From: Chiloscyllium plagiosum
Taxonomy: Eukaryota
Length of the DNA stretch: 64,000 nt
Reading direction: 5' to 3'
Assembly (NCBI RefSeq): GCF_004010195.1
Contig: NC_057711.1
Span: 78,034,560-78,098,559 of the forward strand
The notes under the pieces are model-generated. The model saw nothing but the letters and a program-made list of their open reading frames with translations. It did not search any database and was not told the origin of the DNA. The position numbers were made by a program, and so were the translations under genes. Below are positions 38,200-52,443 of this stretch, in pieces. Numbering within the stretch: position 1 is the stretch's first letter; every line of letters starts with the position of its first letter.

Positions 38200-39510
38200 T
38201 TATCCATTAGAATGATTTGGATGTGAAGAACAAATGTAATAGTTCCGAGTATGCAGATGACACAACATAGGTGAGAATGTGTTGTGAGGGATGATATAGA
38301 GAGGTTTTGACAGATTTGGACAGGCTGAATTAGTGGGCAAGACATGGCATAATGAATATAATGTAAGTAAATATAAGGCTATCCATTTTGATACAGAGTG
38401 GTGAAAAAGGTATTTGATATGCTAGACTGCATTGGTCAGTGTATTGAATACGGGAGTTAGATGTTTTATGGTTATACAGGACATTGATAAGGCCATATTT
38501 AGAGTATTGCATACAATCTCCCTATTATAGCAAGGAACTTATTGAATGGGAAAGGGTGCAAAAAACATTTACAAGGATATTTCTGAGACAGGAGGGTTTG
38601 AGTTATAAGGAGAGGCTAGGATTTTGTTCCCAGGAGCGTCGGAGGCTGAGGGGTGACCTTTTAGAGGTTTATACAATCATGAGGGACATGGATAGGTTGA
38701 ATAGCAAAGATCGTTGTCTGCAGGGGAGGGGTATCCAAAACTAGAGGCCATAAGTTTAAGGTGAGAGGGAAAAGATTTAAAAGGGGCCTGAGGAGCAACT
38801 TTTCCACATACTGGGCGGTATGTATTTTGAATGAGCTGCCAGAGGAAGAGGTAGAGGCAAGTACAATTACAACAGGTACATGAACAGGAAAATCTGGTCG
38901 GCATGGATAAGTTGGGCTAATGAGTCTGTTTCTGCTGTATGACTTGATGACAGTCGGAATGGAGGTGTGGAATTTTTCTTGCATAGTTATTCCTTAAATG
39001 ATCAAGAATTCTTGCTGTCCAAAAGAACCTGGCCAGAATTCACTGAAAGCTAAAATGCAAGTGCTGTAAGCAAAATGTAGGCTGGCCTAATCACTGGACG
39101 ATTTTTATTTAGGAATAAATGTCTTGCTGCAAATGTATGGAACCTTGGTGAGAATATACCTGGCCATTTTCTGTGCAGTTCTGGTCCTCTTACCCAGGGA
39201 AGAATATACTTTCCATAGAGGGAGTGAAGCAGAGATTCACCAGACTAATTCCTGGGTTGGTGGCACTGTTCTATGCGGAAAGCCTGAAGAGACTAGGCCC
39301 ATGTTCTCTGCAGTTTAGAAGAATGTGTGGTGAACTTATTGAAACTTGCAAAATTTTTGAAAGGACTAAATAGAGTAGCTGCAGAAAGAACTTACCTTCA
39401 GCTGGGACATTGTCGCAATAAGGGGAAAGCCATTGAAGGCTGAGATGACAAGGGAAATGAACTTTGTAATTCTCTTCTCAAAAGGAATGTTCATTAATAT
39501 GTTCAAGATA
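38200..39510 (+). mobile_element. Two adjacent CR1 fragments (about 38200-38950 and 39080-39510)
   Basis: YADDT motif; IRPYLEYCIQ..GLSYKERL..RRLRGDL; QFWSSY..RFTRLIPG. Confidence 0.75.
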
Positions 39511-42130
39511 GTGTTATGACTGAGCTTGTAGGACTCCTGCTATTCCATTGGTCCTAATATGAATGTAATGTTTTGCCCAGTTCCCAACTCTGGCCATTTG
39601 TATGCTTTCTCTATGTTAAGCTTAGAATAAAAAGAATCCATGAACCACCTTTCTTCAATAAACACAAAATTATTAACCCTTAACAAAATTCCATGAAGTA
39701 ACAACAGTAGTTAATGCACAAGGTTTGTGATATGAAAATACAATTATCCCTCTAGTAACCCAAAACAAACAAACAACAAACATGCATGCATCAGGGAACG
39801 GAAAATAAAAGGATTTCTCTCCAACGAGAATCATTTTGCATAAAACCCTTATGAAAACTTCCATTATTAATCATTTGAGAATGCAAGTTCAAGCTTCTGA
39901 ATTTTGCTTTTATTCACCCTCTCTCGCGTCTTTCTTTCTTTTCCTGTTCTAGTTTGACCTTTTTCATTTTGAGTTAGTTCATCTGTAGTTGCATCCTAGG
40001 TTACTTGTGAGTGAGTTAGCCTTTATTTCCATAAATTTCAAATGTTTAAGTTGCTGGCTCATCGTGTTTTACCTTTTTCGCATCTAATTAATCTTTAACT
40101 GTTATAAATCATCCAGCACTCTCAAATCTTCCTTTCAAGAAAAGCTTCAGCAATTAAAACCATTTCAACTTTTTAATGAAGAAACCTGTTTACTTAAAAT
40201 TTGCATTGTATCTGTCTTAGTCTATGGCTTCAAAATCTCAGTAAGAGTCCCAAGTTCTTAACTAACTGGATGGAGATGAGATAATTCTTCACCCAAAGAG
40301 TGGTGAGCCTGTGAAATGTATTCAAGAGGTGGCTAGATATAGCACTTGGAAAGAATAGGATCAAAGGTTATGGGGAGAAAGCAGGTTTAGGCAATTGAGT
40401 TGGACGATCAGCCATAATCGTGATGAATGGCGGAGCAGGCTCAAGGGCTGAATAGTCTTCTATGTTTCTATGAAGGGGCTATTCCCACATGATTTCATTT
40501 TGTAAACAAAACCTTTTATTGTACAAGAATTAAACAAAGCAAGTACTTCTAATTTAACAAGTTTCAATTCCACCTAAAAATTCCTCAGTACTTTTGGGAC
40601 CAAACCAAATATACCACAACTCCCTGAATTCACTTTGACTCCTTTTGGTGTTCCTGCTGTTCTAAAGCACAAGATTCCTATGGATCTTTCCACTAACATT
40701 CAGCCAGGTGACCCAGAAGCTCTCTTTCAGCAACTCAATTGTGGACTCAAATGTGGGATTCACCATCTTTTTATTCACTCACTGTGAAATCACAAACACC
40801 CTTCAGATAATTCCCCAAATTATCCTTTGGTCTGAACTGTACATGGATACTTCGCTAGTTTCAACACTTCTTTTTATGTAACAAATTACTTGAATAATTC
40901 ACATCTGTAACAAAGTCAGAGCCATATTACTCAAATTTGCTGGCTTGATATTTACGAATTAACCTATTCAGAGATGTTATTACACACTGGAGCACACTGG
41001 ACTTGAAACAACATAAGAGCCCGTACTGACTTGCTTTCATTTCCGTAAGTGCTAGTACACACAATTTGCTTTCTTGCCCCCCGCCCTGCCCCCTACCCCC
41101 CCACCATCATGTCACCTCTTGCCTTTTGTCCACCACCACTAAAACATCAGTATTTCCAATTAATAACCAATTTACCTGCAAAGCCCACTGCGGCAGCAGA
41201 CCTGCTGTCTGTTTATTTTCTAACGTCTGGAAGTGCTGTCACAACTAAATGGCATTTTGTTTTCCATCATGTCACCTATGGCATTTTATATCCAGTTTTG
41301 AACACCACTAAATCATCTATGTTTCCAAGTAATCAAATTTAATGAAATACCCATCAAAGATGAGAGAGAGGTATGGTGAGAGAGAAGGGGTCAAAATCAA
41401 AGTAGAGTTAAGGGGGAGATCAGGCACTTCACCTCCTGCAGTAATCACCTTTATCAAAGCATCAAGAATATTAGTGTTCATTGCATGCTCCCTCTCCAAG
41501 GACATACGAGCATGCATAAAGCCACATGAGAGAAGTGGCTGATTTGCTGTCTTTTTTATTTTCATATTTTTATATCCGGGGTAGAGACACAACCATAAGA
41601 GGACTCTCCTATTTGCTAACTTCCTGACATCCACCTAATTGGGTCCAACTGCCATTTAATGCCTCTTGCCCTTTTAATATCTAAGTATGTATGGTCCACC
41701 CTTTGAACAGTAATTACCTTGTTTCACAACCTCTCATGCTCAGGGATCCTTTCCCCCTTTCGTACTTTAATACCGCACCAAAAAGTTATATTCCAAAACC
41801 ACATAATTCTTGAAATCAGACATTTTCATACCTAAATGCTAATCTAGGCAGGGTTGTTTGATGAGTGGCAATCTCTCAGAATATCATTACACTTTTTGCT
41901 TACATAGGAGAGTTCTCCAATTCTGACAGGATATTCTGATCAAGGCTTCTTCAGAAATGCAGAGCCATACTGTCATTTTGGCACAAGCTTTATGGTGCAG
42001 AATGGTTAGGGCAAGGAAAAGCACGTCCACTTTTCACAACAGTTGGTTGCTGAATTCTGTGATTTAATGGTCCAGCATCAGACATCCACTTTTCATTTCA
42101 GACACAATTTGAGAACTTCTATGGCTGAGT

Positions 42131-42603
42131 TAAAAATCACACAACACCAGGTTATAGTTCAACAGGTTTATTTGGAAGCATTAGCTTTCAGAGCGCTGCT
42201 CCTTCGTCAGGTGGTTGTGGAGTATGATTGTAAGACACAGAATTTATAGAAAAAGTTTACGGTTAACTGCAATTATACATTGAAAAATACCTTGATTGTT
42301 TGTTAAGTCTCTCATCTGTTAGAATGGCCATGTTAGTTTCACTTCTTTCATATCGCAAAACCTTTTTTAAAAATTACATTCTCAAGTGAACTTTAGCCCA
42401 GGTAATGTATTGGGTATTAGCACCCTTCTATGTTGTTGTCTGTGCCATAATGTTTAGACTGATTCTAATCTAAAAAATGAATTAACAGAATCTTACATGA
42501 ATTCATGCAGTTTGTGAGCAAAGTACAATGTAACTCTGCAAGTACAAATTCATCCCACAAATTTACACGTGTGTGCGCGCACACGTGTTTTGTTGTGGGA
42601 TGG
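42131..42603 (-). mobile_element. Penelope-like element 3' fragment (second family) with hammerhead-like core
   Basis: Minus strand CACCTGACGAAGGAGCAGCGCTCTGAAAGCTAATG. TSD TGGCTGAGT at 42122-42130 and 42604-42612. Homologous to 46818-47240. Confidence 0.75.
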
Positions 42604-43209
42604 TGGCTGAGTGTTTCAAGTACTTGAGCAAAATAGTCTAATTTCCTTTTTGTTCTAGGTATGTTCAGAAACGTTTGGCTAATTCTTCGCAACATCTGAG
42701 TACCTCATTAGTATACTGAAATAAACAAAAAAATTATTTAGAGACAGAGAAAATGAGATAAAGTTTGTGATTACTGTCTGTTGACCTGTTTAAAGCTTAT
42801 ACTTTCATCTGCAATTATGATCATTCGATTGCATGTAATATATTCTAGTAGTGTTAGAGAAGGGTTCTTTGTTCAATCATGAAACTTTGCCTCCAACAAA
42901 ATAATGGAGAAATAGACATACACTATTGCACTGGGGAATGGTAAGTGGCTTCAGGTGAAATAATCACATTAACCAAAACTGTAATTATGATGGTGTATCT
43001 AATGGAGGAGAAGGTAAGTACAGTAATAAAAGGGCAGTGCAGCTTGTAATGCTTTTCTAGTGAAAGTGACCTGAGCATTCTTTTACTAAAGTATTTTGTT
43101 ATACCATCTGAGGGGTAGGTGAAGTACTTTGTGACATTAACTTGGATGTTCTGAACAAGTCAGTAAAGTACCTTTTGTTAATCTTATTGCACTAAATATC
43201 ATTTTCCAG

Positions 43210-43333
43210 TGGTATCTTGTTTGTAACACAAGGAACATTTGGGCAGCTGAACTGTGAATGGCAGTATAGCTTCGAGGAATTCACAAAAGAACCTTTTATT
43301 GTTGCTGGAAGGAGGTTACGTATTGAAGCCAAA
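43210..43333 (+). CDS. VPS13A: VPS13A coding exon (124 nt), GILFVTQGTFGQLNCEWQYSFEEFTKEPFIVAGRRLRIEAK
   Basis: ttttccag acceptor and AAA|gtaagc donor. PH-domain peptide; phase consistent. Confidence 0.96.
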
Positions 43334-45419
43334 GTAAGCAAATGTTTAGATTGCCCTGTTTAATTATCACATAACAAATGAGTAAGAATGAATGCATGTA
43401 TTGACTTGGAAAAGATGTTTTGAAGTTTACTCATGATAGGTGCATGTAAATCAAAGCATTCCATTATCTTTATTAATATGACATCCGAAACTTAACGTAG
43501 TTGTGGACAGATGCTCCATTACAATTCATAACTGAACAGGACTAATTCCAAAATTAGTAGCATTTCAAAAGCAGTGAATAATTTGCACTATCACCTTGAT
43601 CAATAGTACCTCATATACAGGGCCTAGGGATATTTTCACTAGATAGCTGTTGCAGATGGCAGAATTTGGAATTAAGACTCGAATGATGGCCATTGTTGAT
43701 ATTCTAAAAATAGATTTGCTTCAATATCTTTTAGGAAAGAAAACTGCTGCCCTTATTGGGTATAGCCTGCATGTGACTTGGGACCCATTGTGAAGTGATT
43801 GCCTCTTAACTAGCCTCAGAGTAATAAACCCAGCCAGCCAGTGACATTCTCATCTCATAAATACAAAAATCAGTTGTTGGATTATCTTTACTGCGCTAAA
43901 ATCTTTGCCTCATCTCAGATACAAAAATATGGTGATCTGCAATTTGTATCAATCAAGCTGCTCACGCTTGACTATCTTTATTTATCCAAAAAAAAAACCA
44001 TTACTCTTCACCATGGACATATCTCCTGATAGAATTCTGATTTTCTAAGATGGATTTTCAGATGTCTGTATGACAAAAACATTGTATCTTTCTGATATTT
44101 ATACATGCAATTCCTTAGTATTCCTGGAATGGCTGAACAAATGAAATATTCAGAATATCTTCCATATGTCAATGCCAGAGAGAATGTCCAAGAGTTGTGG
44201 AGTTAAATATTTCTGACTAAACTAGTAGCAGCAAGTCACCATCAGGTCTCGCACAATCACATGAATTGGACCCTGATTTCAGGTCATCAGACAGGAAAGG
44301 ATCTATCTTCTACCTTTCATGAATTAAAACTCATGCAAACCTTTGCTGTCCTTATCTTAACTCTTACCAAGTCGCATTCAACTATGACCCTTGTATTCAC
44401 TAGCCTACATGTCTTGTGGTATGGCAGAACCTCAATTTAAAATTCTCATCCTCATTTTCACATTTCTTCATGGCTCATCCCTGCAACCTTCTGATAACCT
44501 CAGACTAGCTCTGTACACATCCTGATGAAACTTGCTTTTCTTGAAACTCCCTTCTCTGTCACATCACCAAAATTCCTTTGAGTGAAGTTAATTTTGTTTG
44601 ATTACATTCCTAATAAGTGTTTAAGGTTATTTTTAAAGTCCCTATATAAATACAACTTGTAAAGTGAAAGACTAATATTTTAGCCGGGGTTGGTTAAAAG
44701 CTGCAAAACATGCTGATTGTGAACATGAATCCAGCAGATGGCAATATTATGTACTACTTTGTTTTCAAAGTGAAGCTGAGCTTCAAGAACCAGAAGTTTG
44801 ATTTTTGCTAACTGCATACTGTGGTGCTCAGTGAACATCAATACAAGAGGCTGCCATTGAACAAAAAGAACAAAGTTTATTACCTGTGAAAGAAAATAAC
44901 TTCACTGTACAAGAATTATACAACTAACTTGTCACTAAGGTTTCCATACCCTCACTTGCAGCAATTTTTTGATGTGAGTTTTCTTTTAAGCCACTCAGGA
45001 CTTCTTCTGCAGCCTTGACATTTTGGAAACAGCTAAGCAACAGCATCTTTTAATTCTGACGAAACCTGCACACACTGCTTGACTTTTTGGGCAGTTCTGC
45101 CCTCTTCCATGGTATTGGACTCCTGCTGTGAGGCAACAGCAGGTGTTTTTTCTTCTCCAGTTGTTTCTAATGCGTGCACTGTTTACTTCTAATTCCACTC
45201 CAACACTCTGAATTAAAAACACATTTCAACAAATTTCAGACACCTCCACCTGTCTCAAGAAAATCTGAAATAAAACCATATCTCCTCTTAACACAGAATA
45301 TTGAAATGCAAGTCAAATTTAATGCTATACATGGTTCTTTTATTTTAGAATCCAAGTTTCAAAATAGCAATGCATCATGATTTATTTATCTTCAGCTAAC
45401 ATTTTCTGTTTTCTTAAAG

Positions 45420-45494
45420 GAACGTGTGAAATCTGTATTCCATGCAAAAGAATATGGAAAAATTGTGAATTTCAAAACTGAAGATGATGCACAG
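45420..45494 (+). CDS. VPS13A: VPS13A coding exon (75 nt), ERVKSVFHAKEYGKIVNFKTEDDAQ
   Basis: ctaac branch motif, ttcttaaag acceptor and CAG|gtattg donor. Peptide matches VPS13A. Confidence 0.95.
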
Positions 45495-45829
45495 GTATTG
45501 AATTTTCTTGTTCAATATGGCTGTACCCTACTTTGATTATTAGGCATTTTCTCCACTTTGGATATGACTTTTTCCTGAGTTTATTTGTAACTGACTAGTT
45601 TTCTGTATTTTGCTCTGTATACCTTGATTGCAAGTGCCAATTAGTTCTTAATAATTCAAAGTTGGAAATAAAGAGATACAGACAGGTTAAATGAGTGGAT
45701 AAAAATTCCACTGATGGATTATAGGGTACTTTGGAAGGAAGAGGAGTTAAATGTTATTTAAATGGACACAGCCTGCAGAAGATGGCTGCACATGGGGATT
45801 TTGTAGTTATGCATGTCCAAGTATAGCAA

Positions 45830-46350
45830 GATAAGGACAATATCCAGGTTTAGGCTGACAAGCGCCAGATAATTACTATCTCTAACAAGACTGAAGCAAC
45901 TCACCTCGTCTCCAAAGTCTGTCCACTATCTACAAGATACAAGTCAGGAGTGTGATGGAATATTCCTCACTTGCTCCAACAACACTCAGCTTGATATCAT
46001 TTAAGACAGAGCAGCCAACTTGATGGGAACTTCATCCACTCCCTTCAACATTCTTTCCCTCCACCACTAATAAACAGTGGCAGCGATGTACACCAAATAC
46101 AAGATGTACTGCAGCAACTCAACAAGGCTCCTTACACACTTTTTGAATCCATGACCTCTACCATCTAGGACAAGGACAGCAGGTACATGAGAAGACCGCA
46201 TTCTGCAACTTCCCCTCCAACCACATACTATCATTGCTGTTGGATCAACATCCTAACAGTACTATATAGGTGTATCTAACATTACAATATTTATACAAGC
46301 TAAGACAGTGCCAAAACATAATGACCTCATCTTGCCATTAAATATGAATG
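45830..46350 (+). mobile_element. Non-LTR retrotransposon RT C-terminal fragment (clade uncertain)
   Basis: ATCTACAAGATACAAGTCAGGAGTGTGATGGAATATT reads IYKIQVRSVMEY. Related fragments may lie on - at about 6010-6490 and 12740-13650. Confidence 0.55.
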
Positions 46351-46817
46351 GAATTAAGTTGCATGAATGGTATTTACCATTTTTCAGCCCAAGACTCATT
46401 ATTGTTTAAATCTCACTGTTGATACACAAATTGGTTGCTCCATTGAGCTATTGTAATGGTTTCACATATGAAATATTTCAGATATATCACAAAATGTAAG
46501 AAGCTACATTTATTCTGAGTAAATTTCACCTCATCGTCTGTGACCTAATTAAGCTGTTTAGAATTACAAGAGTTTTATTTGAGGATACATTGACTATAGT
46601 GGCAAGAGAATGAGTATTTTGTCGCCATGAATTTAATTAGTTTAGAAAAAGGATAGATTTTAAAAATGCAGGAGGTTAGGATATGGAATGTTCAGCCTGA
46701 AAGGAGAGTGATAACAGATTCAATTTTTCCTTTAATAAGGGCATTGATAATACTTGCCATTGGCTGGAACTAATTGGATAGCTTTTACAAAAGGCTTTAG
46801 GGTCACAATATGCAGAA

Positions 46818-47693
46818 TGTTAAAAATCACAACACATTATAGTTCGGAAGCAGTAGCTTTCAGAGCATTGCTCGTTCATCAGGTGGTTGTGGAGTATAAG
46901 ATCATAAGACAAAGAATTTATAGCAAAAGTTTACAGTGTGATGTAACTGAAATTTTATATTGAAAAAGACCTGGATTGTTTAAGTCGCTCATCTTTTGGA
47001 ATGGGCATGTTGGTTTCAGTTCTTTCATATGTAAATACCTGAACTTAAAGTTACATTCTCAAGTGAACTTTAACAGTGGTGCCACATTGACCCAGATAAT
47101 GCACTGAAGGAGTGAGGCTGTCTGTGCTCCAGACTGATTCTTATCTAAAGGGATGCACAGAATCTTACATGGATTCATGCAGATTTTGAGCAAAATACAA
47201 TGTAATTTTCAAGTACAAATTCACCCCACAAACTTGCGTGCGTGGGGGAGAAATGTGTGTGGAGTCTAAAGGGGTATAAGTCTGTGCAAAGGTGCATGTG
47301 GGAACTTAGAAGAGAGCTTGTCTATGAGACAGGGTCTGTGCATGTAGTGCAGTAGGGTCACCTGTAGTGTGATATGAACCCAAGGTTGAGGCCATCCCCA
47401 TGTGTACTGAACTTGGCTGTCAGCCACTTTGTGTTGTCACTTGACCCAAAGTCTGTCTTGGAAGATGGTCACCCGAAGGTCTGAGGTAGAATGTTCCGGA
47501 CTGCTTAAGTGTTCTCCGAGTAGGAGGAAACTCTCCTGTTTGTTAATTGTTGTGCAGTGTCCATTCATCCGTTGCTGTAGCCTCTGCTCGGTCTCAATAT
47601 ATACAATGCCTCAGGGCATCTTTGCCTGCAGCGTATTAGATAGACAATACTGCTAAGTCAAATGAGTACCTGTCACAATCATGGTGGGAGATG
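46818..47693 (-). mobile_element. Penelope-like element fragment with decayed GIY-YIG endonuclease
   Basis: Minus-strand IVYLIRCRQRCPEALY..ETEQRLQQRMNGH (frameshifted). TSD AATATGCAGAA at 46807-46817 and 47694-47704. Confidence 0.8.
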
Positions 47694-48095
47694 AATATGC
47701 AGAAGGGATTTCTTCATCCATGAGTCTGATTTACATTTTCATTCTGCCTAGGCAAATGATGTTATGCATCTGGGTTACCCCAGCAAATAGGTGAAATTAG
47801 GTACTTGTGGTTAATAGTGTGTTCATGGTATATTGAGGCTGTAACACAATGGTAATACTGTTTAAATGCTCATGTAATTAAGTGAACACATTCCTGCATT
47901 TCAAGTTTAAATTACTTATCATTAAAGAACTTTTAGAGGTATTGCATAAAGAGAATGACCCAGGGCACTTCACATAGAGCTGGATCAAATATCTCCTAAA
48001 AGGGGTAGATATTTATGGAATCTGTAAGAGTTGGAAAAGTGCTGTTAAGACTGCTGTCAGATCAACTGCGATCTTATTGAAAGGCAAGGCAGGCT

Positions 48096-48195
48096 AGAAA
48101 GAACCTTTTGCCCAAAACGGTGATTTTACTGCTCCTTGGATGCTGCCTGAACTGCTGTGCTCTTCCTGCACCATTAATCCAGAATCTAGTTTCCA
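48096..48195 (+). mobile_element. Degenerate PLE pLTR fragment inside a CR1 3' fragment (-, about 48040-48600)
   Basis: GGATGCTGCCTGAACTGCTGTGCTCTTCCTGCACC matches the family tail. Confidence 0.55.
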
Positions 48196-48806
48196 CCTAG
48201 AAAGAACTTTCAGCCTGTTCCACCATAGCAGATCTATGGACCAAAGTATTAACTTTCTAATAATCCTGCACCGATTCCCATTTTGGAAGAGTTTCAAATA
48301 TTTTCCATCATTTGTGTATAAAAGTGCTTCCCAAAATCTCTCCTGAATGATCTAACCCTAATTCTCAGAGTGGAGGGCACAGTTTCAGGCTCCCAAACAG
48401 TGCAAATAGCTTAGCTTTGTCTTTTCCTATGAATATCTTTAAGACTTGGATCAGATCACCTCTTAACCTTCTCAAGAAAACAGGTCTAATCTCTCCTCAA
48501 ACATAAACCCTGAAGTCTAGGTATCATTCTTGTAAACTTACATTGTAATCCCTACAAGGCCAATATATTTTTGAGGTGTAATGCCAGTATCTGCTGACAG
48601 TACTCAAAAGGAGGAAATGCCGGTGGTTAGGGCCTTGGCTGCTGTCGACATGACAATCAATTCAGAGTGTGCATTAAACTATAATTGAGGAGCATGGTGG
48701 AATTGAGAAGATCAGAGATAGAGTTGATGCTTAAATAACAAAATGTATCATTTTAAAAAAACTTAAATAATACTAAGTGTAAATATCTCAACACTTTTGT
48801 TCCCAG

Positions 48807-48869
48807 TGGATTCTGACAAAATTGCAAGAAGTGCGAGAAAGAGGAGTACGTGATCATCCAAAGACATGA
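48807..48869 (+). CDS. VPS13A: VPS13A terminal coding exon, WILTKLQEVRERGVRDHPKT*
   Basis: ttttgttcccag acceptor. WILTKLQE matches the VPS13A variant-A C-terminus. TGA at 48867-48869. Confidence 0.93.
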   Translation, partial: WILTKLQEVRERGVRDHPKT

Positions 48870-51800
48870 ATGATACAGGAAGTATTATGAATTTTGTAAA
48901 ACAATCATGAAAAATAGCTAGATTTTCAACTATTACTAAATGAGTTAAATTCACACAAACAGTGTTGTACACAAATATTTAGAATTAGCTAAAGTATTGG
49001 ATGTCCAAGTTTAATAATTAAGAAATTGGACATTGTTTTGCATCCATACAGCTATTGTATTTAATGGCTGAATTATCTGTCCTGAATTTTCAGATGTTAG
49101 ACTGTCGCATAGAGTAGAAAGCTCACTTCCATAGGCCTTCGTGTTTAATCTATTCACATGACTCAAAGGTTGGTCCAAAGGAAAGCACTACACTACCAAG
49201 TGCCACACAATACATTCAACAACACAGATGTGCCAATGACTTTCTTCACTGCAGTGCTTTGAAAGTTACTTTTGTGTCACTGGTCAGTTTGAAATATCCA
49301 GATATTTGACACATTAAAAACTCAATGATCCATTAGTGTATTTTAGTACAAGATGACACCACCTGGAGTTTAATTATTTCCAGTCAACACTAAACAAATA
49401 GTAGAGTGTTAGCTTGGCTGTTAATCAAATACCCAAGATCCTCCAGTTATATTCCATTACATTCAGAAGATTCACATTCTTGTAAATATTTAATCATGCT
49501 CATCAGCACATGAAATTGTTACTTATGTACTCAGACCATTAAGAGGATAGATGCTGGAGTATTAATATTCAATCCACTTTCTTGCAAACATAATGCACTG
49601 AAATTTAAACAACTATGGAGTCTCCACAGATCCAGACAAATCTTTGCTTAATACAAGGTCGTTTTTAATCATGACAAATTTGAACACAGGGCTTAATTTT
49701 CAAATTTTTAGTATGACAAAACTGCTAGATATTTCAGACTTCATGCTCCAAATCATATGCATTTTCTACTTTGTTCGATACTAGTATATTCCTGAAGTAC
49801 ATGTGTTGCTGAATCTATTTACATATACCACTCAATACAATTAATGTATGAATGTAATCACCCCATAGAATAACTATAAATAATTTCTAATCAGTGATGA
49901 ATCTTTTGTTTGTAATTGATCATGCTCATGGCTAACTGTTTTTAAGTTCCTGCCTTTGATATTATAATGTTAATATGCAATTTTCTACAAAACTTCCAAT
50001 TATGTCAATGCACTGTATAATCCAAAATGTTTACCATGTTTGCAGAGAACTTATAGTATGCATTTTAATGTTATGTGTAATTGTTAAACGTTATGCAGCA
50101 ACTATGCCATGTTACCTCCAAAAGAAATGCTGACCTTGAAAATGGTAGCATTTGGGAAGGGATGGGGGAGTCATGGGAGTAAATTTTACAGTCTGTACCA
50201 ATTTTAAAAACCTGTGTGTTTCCAAATTCATGGTGTTATTTTGAGTGATATTTTTCTTTTAAAAAATTCTTAAGCACTAACAAGTAAAAGCATAATACCA
50301 TTCGAAATTGCAGTATGCCCCTTCATAAACTTCACCTGGATACAGCTGTTTAAAAAACAAAATGGAGATTAATCTTATGGAAGCATGATAGAAGGCAGTG
50401 ATATTGTTCCAAGGAAAAGATCTTATTCAAATTTTGTTTGAAAATACAGAAATATACTCGGGTAGCAGAAATTAATTTTTTTTTAATGTGAATTGTGTTA
50501 TCTAAGAGGCTCAAAAAATCCACTGTACATATTAAATGCAAGGTAGCTATAAATGGATATAATACCTGAATGTAATGTCTTGAAAGTTGACAGTTCTGCT
50601 CATAGTTTAAATGGAGTTTTGGATTGTCGCTAATGATGAAACAATAGTAACATAAAAAGCTACTTTTTAAATACAGCCTAATTTATAAGTTCTAAGTTCT
50701 ATGACGAAGGCTGGAGTTTACAGTTCTTGACACAACCCTTGACTGTAAAATTTGGGCCTGGGAGGACACTCACTCTAAGCCTCAAATTGGTCCACAAAGA
50801 TTTGACTGGCTCTGGTATTCGGATTGCGCTTCACATTTAGTACCACTTCTAGAGATTGGCAGGTCCAGCTACAGCAAACCCGACCTAACATTTTCAAAAA
50901 GGAAATTATATGGTTAAAAGTATGGAATAAAGACAAAATAACATCTACATTTTTTTAAAAAGTCATAAATTCAAGAAGTTTAGAATCTGACTCCTTGAAC
51001 ATTTAAAAGTGAATTTTCAGCACATGTAAAAAGGGCAGTACATACTCAGTTATTTAAAACTGGGTTTTTCTTTGAGTAATAATAACCAAAAGTGTGTAAA
51101 AGGTTGAAGTTCTGTGATAATTTGCTGATTAAAAAGTGGAATAATGCATCATTCTCACAACAGCAACTTCAGGATTTCTATGTTTAACTACATGTTGAAA
51201 ATGGCAGAAGTTGCTATGAGTTTTACAGTGACACTGTTAAACAGCAGCAGTTTCACGATGATCATAACTACACATTCCAGACCAATTATTGAGATCTTGG
51301 GTCCATTGCCTAGAAAATTGACATTTCCTGATATGGTTGAAAGGTAGATGCATGCACATGCAACCAACTGTTCAGCAATGGGAGAGAGTATAATATCCAC
51401 TTCATGTGTATTAGCAGAGAATCGATGATAGAAGAATAATTTAATTGTATCTTCTGCTTGGAATGCTATTTTAACTTTATGAATTCTCTGACCCTCATAC
51501 TCATTCAAAAAAATCTCATTTTTGCTCACGAGTCTAATGTCTTGCATATCACAGTTGATAATATGCAAGTTCATAGTCATTCACATTTTCTTCAGCATAG
51601 CTATTCTGTAGTGTCTTAAACCAACCTCATCTTTTGGACCATTTGTGGGAACCTGCCTTCCAAAGTTTGATTCATTCAGCCATGAGCAAAAGTAAATTAT
51701 TTAAGATGCCCATATACTTATGGGATACTTACAAATGGGTTTATTTCAATAGTTAATTGAAACAGCTAAAATATGCATTAGGTCAAGGGTAAAGTCAAAA

Positions 51801-52437
51801 TTGGAAACAAAATTCATATTCCTCTGAAATGAAACAATACAGAAGTCTTTTGTTAGATAATTAGATCTGATGGAGGTTTTCAATATCTTCACTTGTTCAT
51901 TTTTGACAGATTTATTTTATTGAATGTTGGCTAGTTAAAATAGCTAATTGAAAAGATCTATTACAAGTGAAAAAAAACTTTAACAAAAAACTGAACTCTA
52001 GCTTGTTTGATACAAAGCTATTCTAGGTATCTATTTGGCCAAGGTTTGCTTCTTTGGAATTCTGTAACCAGGAAGAGGAACAGATAACTCAGTATTATAC
52101 ATGAGCTGAAGCATAAGTACCAATGTTATCTCTACTCAGCCTTGTATTTGAGTAATTGGGTAAACCTAAAATATTTGCACCATGAAATGCCTGTTATTGG
52201 AAATTGTAACAAGGCATAACCTTAACGGTACTTTACTTTTATAGAGACTAACCTTACAGACTGATCATTATTTTACTAAAATTTATCATGGACATGTAAT
52301 TTCTAACAATGTGAAATTGTGAAGTAATATTTTGTTTTCAGTGCTGCTTTTGTTTGAGCTTTTCTTTAGCTTTGCACACAGTACCATTGCACCAATGGTA
52401 AGTTGATTTTTTAAAAATGTATGGATGCAGATTGTTG

Positions 52438-52443
52438 AATAAA
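52438..52443 (+). promoter_or_regulatory. Candidate VPS13A polyadenylation signal (alternative AATAAA at 50926)
   Basis: AATAAA with an upstream TGTA, in AT-rich non-repetitive sequence downstream of the stop codon. No transcript evidence. Confidence 0.3.

Noticed and set aside
42565..42590. Near-palindromic alternating purine-pyrimidine tract ACACGTGTGTGCGCGCACACGTGT
   Set aside because: A microsatellite-like part of the PLE fragment; too short to support a functional claim.
1639..48869. Assignment to VPS13C
   Set aside because: The PH-domain exons (ENGRFAKYKYF, ERVKSVFHA, WILTKLQE) and GNA14 linkage are characteristic of VPS13A.
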